Below, piece after piece: positions 7,015 through 16,236 of a DNA stretch of 20,676 bases. The DNA is from Thermoplasmatota archaeon (GTDB lineage: Archaea; Thermoplasmatota; E2; DHVEG-1; B18-G2). Made by a program: the position numbers and the translations under genes. Location of the stretch: the NCBI GenBank assembly GCA_029259115.1, contig JAPDJO010000065.1, positions 1 to 20,676 on the forward strand. The letters are read 5' to 3'. Position 1 is the stretch's first letter; each line of letters opens with the position of its first letter. Under the pieces are notes generated by a model. That model was not told the origin of the DNA. It searched no databases and saw only the letters and a list, made by a program, of their open reading frames with translations.

Positions 7015-8055
7015 ATGAAAATAGATCTGGTTTGGTTCGACTCGCTTGGCGCAAAAAGTTCCTGCGTGTTTGTAGAAACTGAGGATATCAAAATAATAAT
7101 CGATCCTGGAATTGCAGCGATGCAACCAAGCTTTCCAGCTTCAGATTATAAAAAGATTTTGTGGAGAGAGCAGGGAAGGAGGAAGATCAAGAGTTTTTTG
7201 AGGAAGGCTGATGCAGTAATTATATCTCATTATCATTTTGATCATTTCCTGCCCAAAGATGTCAATCTCTACAGAGGAAAGACACTCTTCGTGAAGAATC
7301 CAAATGAGTATATAAACGAGTCTCAAAGGAAAAGAGCTGTGGATTTTTTCAGTAAAATCAGTAAAGATATCTCTGGTGTAGAGCTTGAAATGGAGAAAAC
7401 GCTTACTAGAAAATTTAGAGACTGCATGGATGATCTAAAAATCTCAAAGGAAAAGGATTTTGGAGATTATAAGGATAGAAGGAGAGAATTATTGAACGAA
7501 GGTAGAAGATGGTTCAAGAAATTATCTGAAAGATGGAATTCATGGAGATACATCAAGGAAATGGAGTATGATGAGATAAAAACAGTCTATCCTGAGGAAA
7601 AAGAATTCAAATTTGGAAATACTAGAATAAAATTTTCTCGACCTTTATTTCATGGCGTGGAATACTCTAGAGTTGGGTGGGTGTTTTATACAGTAATAGA
7701 AGATGCTAATACCAAGATTTTGCACTCCAGCGATCTCAATGGTCCGATTATAGAAGATTACGCTGAGATGATAATCAAAGAAGATCCTGATATTATTATA
7801 CTGGATGGACCGATGACATACATGTTTGGATATCTTTTGAATAGAACTAATCTGAACAGAGCTATCACTAATGCAAAGAGGATAGTTGAGGAATTGGATT
7901 TTGAGCTGATGATCTATGATCATCATCTGCCAAGAGAGCCAAGATTTAGGGAGAGAACAAAAGAGGTATGGGATACAGCAAAGAGACTGGGAAAGAAAGT
8001 TTTGACAGTTGCTGAATATCTGGGTCACTTACCAAAAGTTCTGGATTTAAGTTGA
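7015..8055 (+). CDS. Metallo-beta-lactamase-fold hydrolase, UPF0282-like
   Basis: WFDSLGAKSS, IIIDPG, ISHYHFDH, FHG...GWV, HSSD and DHHL motifs. Confidence 0.85.
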   Translation: MKIDLVWFDSLGAKSSCVFVETEDIKIIIDPGIAAMQPSFPASDYKKILWREQGRRKIKSFLRKADAVIISHYHFDHFLPKDVNLYRGKTLFVKNPNEYINESQRKRAVDFFSKISKDISGVELEMEKTLTRKFRDCMDDLKISKEKDFGDYKDRRRELLNEGRRWFKKLSERWNSWRYIKEMEYDEIKTVYPEEKEFKFGNTRIKFSRPLFHGVEYSRVGWVFYTVIEDANTKILHSSDLNGPIIEDYAEMIIKEDPDIIILDGPMTYMFGYLLNRTNLNRAITNAKRIVEELDFELMIYDHHLPREPRFRERTKEVWDTAKRLGKKVLTVAEYLGHLPKVLDLS

Positions 8056-8909
8056 GCTACAGCAACGCCTATAAGAACTATTGATGCAAAAACGATATCT
8101 CTTACACTCAAAATTTCTCCGAGCATGAAATAAGAAAATATGATAGCGAATACCGGAATAAGGTATGTGAATATTATAAGGTGAGACAGTTCTTCTTCGT
8201 AGAGTATCATGTAGTAGAGAATAGCAGCAATAAAGCTAGCCAATATAGACAGGAGAAGAATATAGATCCATACATCCATGCTGAAAGAAAATATCATACT
8301 CATGTCCTCTAAGAAGATATTCGAAGCAAGGAGCATGAAGAAGCCAAATGTTGTTTCGAAGCAGAGCAAATCAAAAGCTGGAATCTTTGATAGACCTTTT
8401 TTCAGTATAATTCCAGATATTGCATAAGATATGCTAGATACGAGTATCAAAGTGTTACCAAATGTATTGAGATCAAAAGAGAGGCTGCCCTTAGTTGATA
8501 AGAGTATTGTTCCAGTTAAAGCAATGAGCGAACCTATGATCTTGTTAATGGTTTTAGTTTCTTTCAGAAAGATAAATGCCAGAATAATCGTAAAAACTGG
8601 ACTTGTGGACTGAATGACACTTGATATCGATGCAGTAGTATAAAGCATCCCAATGTTTTGGGATATGTTTGGAAGGAATATTGTAAAGAAAGCTAGTGTG
8701 AGAAATAGCTTTAGATCCTCCTTGGAATAATTCTTATAGCTCTTTCTTAAAATCACGATGATTAGCATGGGGATAAAAACTATATGTCGAAGTGTTGCCA
8801 ATGTTATCGGAGGTACTCCGTAGTTTAATAGTAACTTTACAAGAGGATAACTAAGGCCCCATATAAGCATTGAGATCAAGATCAGTATAGTTTTAATGCT
8901 GTCCCTCAT
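8025..8909 (-). CDS. DMT/EamA family transporter
   Basis: About 10 hydrophobic helices in two repeats; motifs IWGLSYP, SPVFTIILAFIFLKE and LIPVFAIIFSYFMLGE. Confidence 0.92.
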   Translation of the reverse strand: MRDSIKTILILISMLIWGLSYPLVKLLLNYGVPPITLATLRHIVFIPMLIIVILRKSYKNYSKEDLKLFLTLAFFTIFLPNISQNIGMLYTTASISSVIQSTSPVFTIILAFIFLKETKTINKIIGSLIALTGTILLSTKGSLSFDLNTFGNTLILVSSISYAISGIILKKGLSKIPAFDLLCFETTFGFFMLLASNIFLEDMSMIFSFSMDVWIYILLLSILASFIAAILYYMILYEEELSHLIIFTYLIPVFAIIFSYFMLGEILSVRDIVFASIVLIGVAVAQLKSRTFGK

Positions 8910-8940
8910 TCTTGAGGAGAATAGAGAGGGTGTTTAAAAA

Positions 8941-9705
8941 TCAGAATGCTGGCTTTCTGTTCCAGAGTCTTCTGAAGGTTATCAGCAAAAGAACTACTGA
9001 AAAAATTAAGAAAGTTACGCCACAGTAAAGATAGAATGGATCTTGGAAAAAAATTTTTAAGTTTGGGATACTCTCTCCACCATCAGGTGACATATATACT
9101 TTTCCCGTGGTGTTACTTTCCTCCTCTGGTAGTGCTTCACTCGAAGTATAGTCGGAATCTTGGTTAAAGGCATAGCAAACATTATCAGCTTGATTTAGAA
9201 TCGTGTGATTCTTGGCTATATTCTTCAATTTCTTCTCAGAAAAAGGTATCATAGAATGATTGTATGGTATTGTTATATTCCCCGTTTCATTACTTACTAG
9301 AGTATCGTTAAGACTTCTCTCTGTAGGAGATACATACATGTCCTTACCTATATCGATATAGAAGCCGTTTCCGTAAATGATTATCTGTGCTATACCTGCA
9401 AGGAGGAAGAGGAAAGATAAGCAGAAGGTTATAACTATCTTTGTGTTATCTGGGTGTAAGAGAGAGGATCCTTTCCAGGATAACTTATAGTAAGTCCATT
9501 TGTGTCCCTCCCTCTCTATCTTCTTAACAAGATCTGCCTGAACAAGCTTGTTCATATGCTCAAGTACCGTTGTTTTACTCAAACCGGTCTTTCTGGCTAT
9601 CTCAGATAGGTTCATCTTCCTTCCATCTAGAGCTTTCAAAATCTCTAGTCTTGCATCAGAAGCTAGAGCTTTGAATGTCTCCTTATCTATCGTTACCTTT
9701 GCCAT
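8941..9705 (-). CDS. Membrane-anchored ArsR-type winged-HTH transcriptional regulator
   Basis: N-terminal FKALASDARLEILKAL...LSEIARKTGLSKTTVLEHMNKL...KWTYYKL, then TM1 (aa ~90-112), a loop with six N-x-S/T sequons, and TM2 (aa ~223-244). Confidence 0.85.
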   Translation of the reverse strand: MAKVTIDKETFKALASDARLEILKALDGRKMNLSEIARKTGLSKTTVLEHMNKLVQADLVKKIEREGHKWTYYKLSWKGSSLLHPDNTKIVITFCLSFLFLLAGIAQIIIYGNGFYIDIGKDMYVSPTERSLNDTLVSNETGNITIPYNHSMIPFSEKKLKNIAKNHTILNQADNVCYAFNQDSDYTSSEALPEEESNTTGKVYMSPDGGESIPNLKIFFQDPFYLYCGVTFLIFSVVLLLITFRRLWNRKPAF

Positions 9706-9748
9706 CTAAAATTTCTTAGATTTTTATGTTTAAAAACGCTTTTGCTTT

Positions 9749-9790
9749 TGTTAGGATTTTTCCTAACACCTGTTTGGCTTTTACCTAACA
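9749..9790. promoter_or_regulatory. Two tandem 20-bp palindromic operator-like sites
   Basis: TGTTAGGA-TTTT-TCCTAACA (9749-9768, perfect 8-bp arms) and TGTTTGGC-TTTT-ACCTAACA (9771-9790, 17/20 identical), 22-bp period, between divergent TATA-like boxes at ~9729-9736 and 9803-9809. Confidence 0.7.
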
Positions 9791-9842
9791 TTTTCTTAGG
9801 CATTATATACGAATTTTTCCATAAAATTGTTTGGTGATATGA

Positions 9843-10394
9843 ATGAGAAAGATAGCAAAAATATGTTTGGCGGTGGTAGTTGTTGGAGCTGTAGTAGGTC
9901 TTGCACTCTTTGGTGCGATGATAAATAGATGTACAGCAACATCCGCAATTAAAGATAACGAAATTTCAATAGATGGTTACTATTTGTTGAAAGAGTCGGC
10001 AACAAATGAAACTCTTAACATCACTTGCATACTATACCTAACAAACAGATGGAACAACTCTGGAGATATACGTATCGTAGCTTATGTTATGGACTCTAAG
10101 GGGCTTGCTGAATACAGGACCGGTGTAGAAATTGGGAGTATAGATATAAACAAGACAGAGGAAGTTAGCATACCTATTGTTCTAAGGGAGGGCAGCAGAA
10201 GGATAGATATACTGATATTCGAAGACGGTTTGCTCAAAATGAAAGGCTACATCTACATAGATGTGTTTTACAATCCGAATCCCTACATAGATAAAGAACA
10301 GAATGACTTGGTGGAGGCTTGGAACTGCCGTATAACATCATCCTCCTTTCCTTCGATTTCACATCCTATAGAGATTGCAAGGACAGAAGACTAG
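9843..10394 (+). CDS. Membrane-anchored/secreted hypothetical protein with probable Ig-like (CARDB/DUF7490-like) beta-sandwich
   Basis: Basic N-terminus plus hydrophobic helix, alternating beta-strand pattern (ITCILYLTN...GDIRIVAYV...VSIPIVL...IDILIFEDG), N-glycosylation sequons, GGTGA RBS at 9833-9837. Confidence 0.65.
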   Translation: MRKIAKICLAVVVVGAVVGLALFGAMINRCTATSAIKDNEISIDGYYLLKESATNETLNITCILYLTNRWNNSGDIRIVAYVMDSKGLAEYRTGVEIGSIDINKTEEVSIPIVLREGSRRIDILIFEDGLLKMKGYIYIDVFYNPNPYIDKEQNDLVEAWNCRITSSSFPSISHPIEIARTED

Positions 10395-10432
10395 AAACCA
10401 TTAAATTCTCATTCTCTTTTTCTTAAAAATCA

Positions 10433-10954
10433 ATGACACAACATCTGGTAGATCTCCTCATATCGTGTGGAGCAATAAAATTTGGAGAATTTGTACTTAC
10501 ATCTGGTAAAAGGAGCAACTACTATATAGACATAAAGCAGGCAAGCACTAATCCTAAAATATTGAGAATGATAGCTAAGGGGATGAAAGATTACACCACA
10601 GGCTATGATGTTATAGCGGGAATGGAACTCGGAGCGGTTCCTATAGCTGTGGCACTCTCCCTAGAATCAGAGAAGCCTTTTGTTATAGTGAGAAAGCAGG
10701 AGAAAATTCATGGTACAAAGAAACTAATAGAAGGCGAAGATGTTAATGGCAAAAAGGTTTTGGTTGTCGAGGATGTAACAACAACTGGTGGATCTGTGAT
10801 CAGAGCTGTAAAAATCCTGAGAGAGAATGGAGCCATTGTAGATAAGGTAATTACGGTTGTTGACAGAGAGGAAGGAGCAAAGGAGAGGTTAAACGAGGAG
10901 AATGTAGAACTAATCCCGCTTGTAACCAAAAGTGAAATTTTAAAAAAGTGTTAA
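10433..10954 (+). CDS. pyrE: Orotate phosphoribosyltransferase
   Basis: [25 protein letters not shown] loop and PRPP-binding [13 protein letters not shown]. Confidence 0.96.
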   Translation: MTQHLVDLLISCGAIKFGEFVLTSGKRSNYYIDIKQASTNPKILRMIAKGMKDYTTGYDVIAGMELGAVPIAVALSLESEKPFVIVRKQEKIHGTKKLIEGEDVNGKKVLVVEDVTTTGGSVIRAVKILRENGAIVDKVITVVDREEGAKERLNEENVELIPLVTKSEILKKC

Positions 10955-10988
10955 AAACACCTTTCTTATTCTGAGCTTGGGGAGGCAA

Positions 10989-12320
10989 TTGATAAAGGTA
11001 TTAGTTGTAGGCGGCGGCGCAAGGGAGCATGCAATATGCGATGCTGTTTGTAAATCTGAAGATGTGGAGCTCTTTTCTGTCATGCACAATAGAAATCCAG
11101 GGATAATGAAGCTTTCAAAAGATTTCAAGATAGCAAAAGAAACAAGCGTAGATAATGTTGTTGAATTTGCTTTGTCAAAGAATATTGATCTTGTTCTAAT
11201 AGGACCAGAGGCTCCTCTAGAGGCTGGTCTTACAGATGCTCTAAGAGAAAAAGGTATTCAGGTATGTGCTCCTACAAAAGATGCCGCAAGAATAGAAACA
11301 AACAAGGAGTGGATGAGAGAGATAATGGACAGATACAGGATACCTGGACAAATAAAACACAAAAGTTTCAATGATCCAAAGGAGGCAAAAAAGTTTATTG
11401 AGCAATTGAATGGTAACGTTGCTGTTAAACCTATAGGATTGACTGGAGGAAAGGGAGTAAAAGTTGCTGGCGATCATTTTTCAAGCATAGAAGAAGCTTC
11501 AGAGTACGCAAAAGAAGTTATAGAGAAAAAGATAGGTGGAGAGGCAAAGGTTCTTATAGAGGAGAAATTGGAAGGAGAGGAGTTCACTTTGCAAGCATTC
11601 TCTGATGGTAAATCTATATTTCCTACACCAGCGGTTCAAGATCATAAAAGATTACTACCCGGAGATAAAGGTCCTAATACTGGAGGTATGGGATCATACT
11701 CTGCAGAAAACTGGATACTGCCTTTTATGGAGAAAAGCGATTATGAGGAAGGCGCAATGATCCTGCAGAGGGTTATAGAGGCTTTGAACAATGAGGGATG
11801 CCCCTTCATTGGTCCCATCTATGGCCAGTTTATGCTTACAGCAGATGGACCAAAGATAGTAGAGATAAATGCAAGATTTGGAGATCCTGAAGCCATGAAC
11901 ATTTTACCCATATTAAAAGGAGATTTCGTCGAAATATGTTTTAATATGGCAGAAGGAAATCTTGCAAGATCTAAAATAGATTTCGAGAGAAAAGCTACAG
12001 TATGTAAATATGTTGTACCAGAAGGATACGGTATCAAAAGCATGACCGATCAGCCAATTGATGTGGATGAAAAAAGGATAATAGAGGAAGGTGCCCTTTT
12101 GTTCTACGCATCAGTGAATAAAAGAGATGATAAGATATACACGACATCCTCAAGATCTCTCGCTGTTGTTGGTATAGGAGAAAACGTAGAAGAAGCTGAA
12201 AAAATCTGTGAAAGAGGGTTGAAACACATAAAGGGAGAGCATATCTTTATAAGACATGATATCGGAACGAAGGAATTGATAGAGAAGAGAATTGAACATA
12301 TGAAAAAGCTGAGAGGATGA
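10989..12320 (+). CDS. purD: Phosphoribosylamine--glycine ligase
   Basis: KVLVVGGGAREHA, IGPEAPL, GLTGGKGV, QDHKR...GPNTGGMGSYS and EINARFGDPE. TTG at 10989 is preceded by GGAGG (the ORF track starts at 10977). Confidence 0.96.
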   Translation: MIKVLVVGGGAREHAICDAVCKSEDVELFSVMHNRNPGIMKLSKDFKIAKETSVDNVVEFALSKNIDLVLIGPEAPLEAGLTDALREKGIQVCAPTKDAARIETNKEWMREIMDRYRIPGQIKHKSFNDPKEAKKFIEQLNGNVAVKPIGLTGGKGVKVAGDHFSSIEEASEYAKEVIEKKIGGEAKVLIEEKLEGEEFTLQAFSDGKSIFPTPAVQDHKRLLPGDKGPNTGGMGSYSAENWILPFMEKSDYEEGAMILQRVIEALNNEGCPFIGPIYGQFMLTADGPKIVEINARFGDPEAMNILPILKGDFVEICFNMAEGNLARSKIDFERKATVCKYVVPEGYGIKSMTDQPIDVDEKRIIEEGALLFYASVNKRDDKIYTTSSRSLAVVGIGENVEEAEKICERGLKHIKGEHIFIRHDIGTKELIEKRIEHMKKLRG

Positions 12321-12321
12321 T

Positions 12322-13101
12322 ATGGCAACAGATGAACCCATATACGTCTATTTCATTGGCACCGCAGGATCCGGAAAATCTACCCTAACAGCATCATTCC
12401 AAAACTGGTTCAAGTTGAGAGGATTAGATTCCATAACTGTCAATCTAGATCCAGGTGTTGACTCCTTACCATACACTCCAGATGTTGATATAAGGGATTG
12501 GATTTCTCTCAAAGAGGTTATGGAGGAGTACGATCTTGGACCAAACGGAGCACAGATAGTTGCTGCAGACATGATAGCTTTGAATGCAAAAGATGTAAAA
12601 GAATCGGTAGATGGTTTTAAAACAGACTATGTTCTCATAGATACGCCTGGCCAGATTGAGCTCTTTGTCTTCAGAGAAGCTGGGAATTTTCTGGTCACTC
12701 AGCTAAACCCAAGAAGATCTATGGTTGCTTATCTTCTAGATCCTGTTTTATCCAAAACGGCATCGGGATTTGTTACCCAGCTTTTACTATCTCTGACAAC
12801 AAGGTTCAGACTTTCAATACCAGTAGCTAATGTGTTAAGCAAAAGTGACCTTTTGAGTGATGAGGATCTAAAGAGATTGCAGGGATGGTCTAGCATAGAT
12901 GAGGAAATCTATGAGACCATATTAAGAGAAAGGGCATCCGTTTATAGGGAGCTGAGCGAGCAGATTTTGCTTCTATTAAAACATTTTGGCGAGGAAACAT
13001 CTATAATATCTGTAAGCAGTAATAACTATCAAGGGATGGAAGATCTCTATAATGTCATACAAATGTGTTTCAGGGCTGGAGAAGATACAACTAGCGATTG
13101 A
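12322..13101 (+). CDS. GPN-loop GTPase (archaeal)
   Basis: GTAGSGKST, VNLDPG, LGPNGA, DTPGQIELF and LSKSD motifs. Confidence 0.93.
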   Translation: MATDEPIYVYFIGTAGSGKSTLTASFQNWFKLRGLDSITVNLDPGVDSLPYTPDVDIRDWISLKEVMEEYDLGPNGAQIVAADMIALNAKDVKESVDGFKTDYVLIDTPGQIELFVFREAGNFLVTQLNPRRSMVAYLLDPVLSKTASGFVTQLLLSLTTRFRLSIPVANVLSKSDLLSDEDLKRLQGWSSIDEEIYETILRERASVYRELSEQILLLLKHFGEETSIISVSSNNYQGMEDLYNVIQMCFRAGEDTTSD

Positions 13102-15262
13102 AGATGATTATACTCCTTCTCTCTAAAGATATTTTACGGTTGTCAATTATAAAAACCCATATCCATGCCTTCATCCAACTAACTTTTGGACTTATTATAG
13201 TATAGGCTCTAAATGTTACGCTTGAACCTAATCTAACTCGCGGAATTCTTAGTGGAGAACTCATAATGACAATAGCACTAACCGGCTTACCGTACTTATC
13301 TACAATACTTACATAAAATTCTCTTCCCTCATAAACATAATCTGGAATATCAACGTAGTAATCACTTCTTTCTACTCTCACAAGTATATAATCTTCACTA
13401 ACTCTCTGGTTTCTATCTTTAACAACAAGTTTGACAGTATACCATCCTTCCGTGACATTCGTTATATTCCACTCGTAAAGTATACCCTCTTTAACTTCAA
13501 GTTTACTAGAGTATAGTAAATTCCATTCTCCATCTTTGTAAAACTCTTGCGGATTGAATGGACCCATGTATTTACAGTACAATTCATATTCATAAAATTC
13601 TCTAGCTTTTGCTACCCCTCTAAATACTATAGTATTTAACCGATTTTCTGAATCAAAGAAGATAGCAACAGGTGGGGGAGATGTAAGATTCAACAGTTTA
13701 TAAGCGTCTATTCTACCAAATCCTTGGTATGTCATTGGATAACCAAGGTCTTTGGCTGTGTATCTCAAAGCTGCCCTGATCTCAAATGGATCCCAATCTG
13801 GATGCTCTTCCAAAAGGAGAGCAACAACTCCAGTAACATGAGGAACTGCCATGGATGTTCCACCAAGCTTGACATAGTAATTATCCACAGATTTTCCAAC
13901 TCTGCATTGGTTTGCTCTCGTTGATACTATTGCATAATCATATCTATCTGTATCGTTTTGTTCCAGAGAGATATCTACATCTCCGCCAGGCGCAACTATA
14001 TCTGGTTTTACTGTTAATAACCTAGATGGTCCCTTGCTACTGTATTTAGCTACATGATCCGGACCTCCACTTGGTATACTACCAACAAGATGTGTAGAGG
14101 CTCCAACGGCTATAACCTTTCTGGCACAGGCTGGAGAGTATATAGTATGCTTGAGGGGTTTATCTAGACCTACAGACCAGCCATCATTTCCAGCTGCAGC
14201 TATTACTACAATTCCAGCATCAACAGCTTTATCTGCGTTCATACTAAGAGGATCATTAGGATCACCCTCATTACCGAAGATTATATACGGATCAGTAATT
14301 CCTAAACTCATAGAGATGATATCTACATGATCTGAAAAATTTCCATCACCATTTGGATCTATTGACTTATTTATAGCGCTGATTATATCGCTGATATATC
14401 CAAAGCCATTTTTATTTAATACTTTATAAACATAAAGCTTAGCGTCGGGCGCTATACCTCTATAAACACCATTAGACATGTCTCCATTTCCTGCTATAAT
14501 TCCACAAACGTGGGTTCCATGACCACTATCGTCCATAGGATCTAAGTCTTCTTCAAAAATAGATCCGTTCGCATCCAATACGTAACTGTCATCGAGATCG
14601 CCGTCTCCATTCTTGTCTACACCAAAATCCTTTTCACTGTAAATTTTTGTCTTGTTATTGGCCTTAGATTCGTTATATTTACTGTAGCGGTCGTCAAGAT
14701 CACCATCTCCATTGATATCAACGCTATTTACAAAATCATAGCCCCCTGCATAGCAATTTTTCAAATCTGGATGATTGTAATCTATACCAGTATCTATAAC
14801 GGCAACAGTAACATTTTTTCCAGTAAGATTTTTGATTTTCCATACCTTGTCTAGTCCTATTAGAGGGAGAGAATCTTTTAACAGAGCTTTAACCTTTACA
14901 TCTGGAAAAACTCTCTTGACAAAGGGTAGCTTTTCTATGTATGGAACTAGTCTTGGAGGTATTCTTACACTTAACCCATTAAAGACATTAAAATACTCCT
15001 TTATCCTGACTTTTCCAACTCTATTCTCTATCCATTCCTTTATATTGGCATGAATCTTTGCGAGTTTTTCTCTGTAAGATAGAAGATATTTTTGTGAGTT
15101 ATTTTGATGACTGATGTTTTTCCAGTAATCAACGAGTGGAGGCAGATTTAATTCGATTATGTAGGACTCTCTCCTGCTTCCAGTATCAATATTTACCCCT
15201 ACCGATGCTAATGTGGAAAGAAGAATCAAGGATACGCATAGCAATACAGCTAGACTTCTCAT
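13091..15262 (-). CDS. Secreted subtilisin-like S8 serine peptidase with I9-type propeptide
   Basis: Signal peptide; propeptide (YFNVFNGLSV); catalytic triad VAVIDTG / GHGTHVCG / GGTSMAVPHV; oxyanion AAGN; C-terminal beta-rich extension. Confidence 0.93.
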   Translation of the reverse strand: MRSLAVLLCVSLILLSTLASVGVNIDTGSRRESYIIELNLPPLVDYWKNISHQNNSQKYLLSYREKLAKIHANIKEWIENRVGKVRIKEYFNVFNGLSVRIPPRLVPYIEKLPFVKRVFPDVKVKALLKDSLPLIGLDKVWKIKNLTGKNVTVAVIDTGIDYNHPDLKNCYAGGYDFVNSVDINGDGDLDDRYSKYNESKANNKTKIYSEKDFGVDKNGDGDLDDSYVLDANGSIFEEDLDPMDDSGHGTHVCGIIAGNGDMSNGVYRGIAPDAKLYVYKVLNKNGFGYISDIISAINKSIDPNGDGNFSDHVDIISMSLGITDPYIIFGNEGDPNDPLSMNADKAVDAGIVVIAAAGNDGWSVGLDKPLKHTIYSPACARKVIAVGASTHLVGSIPSGGPDHVAKYSSKGPSRLLTVKPDIVAPGGDVDISLEQNDTDRYDYAIVSTRANQCRVGKSVDNYYVKLGGTSMAVPHVTGVVALLLEEHPDWDPFEIRAALRYTAKDLGYPMTYQGFGRIDAYKLLNLTSPPPVAIFFDSENRLNTIVFRGVAKAREFYEYELYCKYMGPFNPQEFYKDGEWNLLYSSKLEVKEGILYEWNITNVTEGWYTVKLVVKDRNQRVSEDYILVRVERSDYYVDIPDYVYEGREFYVSIVDKYGKPVSAIVIMSSPLRIPRVRLGSSVTFRAYTIISPKVSWMKAWIWVFIIDNRKISLERRSIIIFNR

Positions 15263-15300
15263 GCTCCTTATACAAGTTTATATTTTATTCCTTATTAAAT

Positions 15301-16236
15301 TTATTTTTCAATCTTTATCAAATTCTTCTCTCTACTAAGCAGAACAACCCTAGAATCTCTACTCTCACTTAGATAATGATATCCCAGTTCCTGAGATAGT
15401 TTTTTCCCGAATTCTTTTATTTTCTCAAATGATGGCATATTATCTATCGTTAATCTTTTCCTTGAATAGCCAACAAACATATACGCTTTTGGCTCTATAA
15501 ATAGAGGGTCTGCCTTTTCATCTAACTTTGCAAATTCTTTTATGTACTCATCTTTCATATTCCATCCATCTACCAGTGTATGCCTTATCACTATCCTTGT
15601 ATCCAAAGAGGGTAAAATCTCTAGAGTTTTTTGTAGCCTCTCCCAACCCTTTCTTATCATGGGTCTACACAGTTTTTTGTAGATATCCTCACTTGGTGCA
15701 ACCATGGAAACATAAAGCTGGGTAGGTAAGGGGTCAAGATTTTCCAAAACTTCAGGATTTGTTCCATTTGTCACTAAAAATGTTGTCATTCCCTTTCTAT
15801 GCGCGATCTCAAAGAACTCTCCAAGTCTTGGATATATCGTAGGCTCTCCAGTTAATGAGCATGCAATATGCCTAGGTTCATTAGCCTCTTTCCACTTATT
15901 TATATCCACTCTCGGATCTCCTTTATATCCTGTAATGAGTCTTCTCTGAGCTTTTATGGCTTCTTCTAAGATAAACTCTGGATCATCTGGATCTTTTATT
16001 GTTAGTTCTGTAAATCCTTGGTATCTCCAGCAGAAGAGACAGTTCTGGGTGCAGTGATTTATAGCTGTCGTGAGTTGTAAGCAGCGATGACTCTCGATAC
16101 CATAGAATTTTTGTTTGTAGCACACTCTATTATGAAGTAAGCTTTGCCTTAACCAATGGCATAGTTTAACTCCAGAATGTTTCCCAACAATGGCGTATCT
16201 CTGCTTTCTTAATATCTTTAGGATTTCTTCATTCAT
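15301..16236 (-). CDS. tyw1: 4-demethylwyosine synthase (tRNA wyosine radical SAM enzyme Tyw1/Taw1)
   Basis: HSGVKLCHW, CYKQKFYGIESHRCLQ, CTQNCLFCWR, SLTGEPT, TFLVTNG and EPKAYMFVGYSR. Confidence 0.96.
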   Translation of the reverse strand: MNEEILKILRKQRYAIVGKHSGVKLCHWLRQSLLHNRVCYKQKFYGIESHRCLQLTTAINHCTQNCLFCWRYQGFTELTIKDPDDPEFILEEAIKAQRRLITGYKGDPRVDINKWKEANEPRHIACSLTGEPTIYPRLGEFFEIAHRKGMTTFLVTNGTNPEVLENLDPLPTQLYVSMVAPSEDIYKKLCRPMIRKGWERLQKTLEILPSLDTRIVIRHTLVDGWNMKDEYIKEFAKLDEKADPLFIEPKAYMFVGYSRKRLTIDNMPSFEKIKEFGKKLSQELGYHYLSESRDSRVVLLSREKNLIKIEK

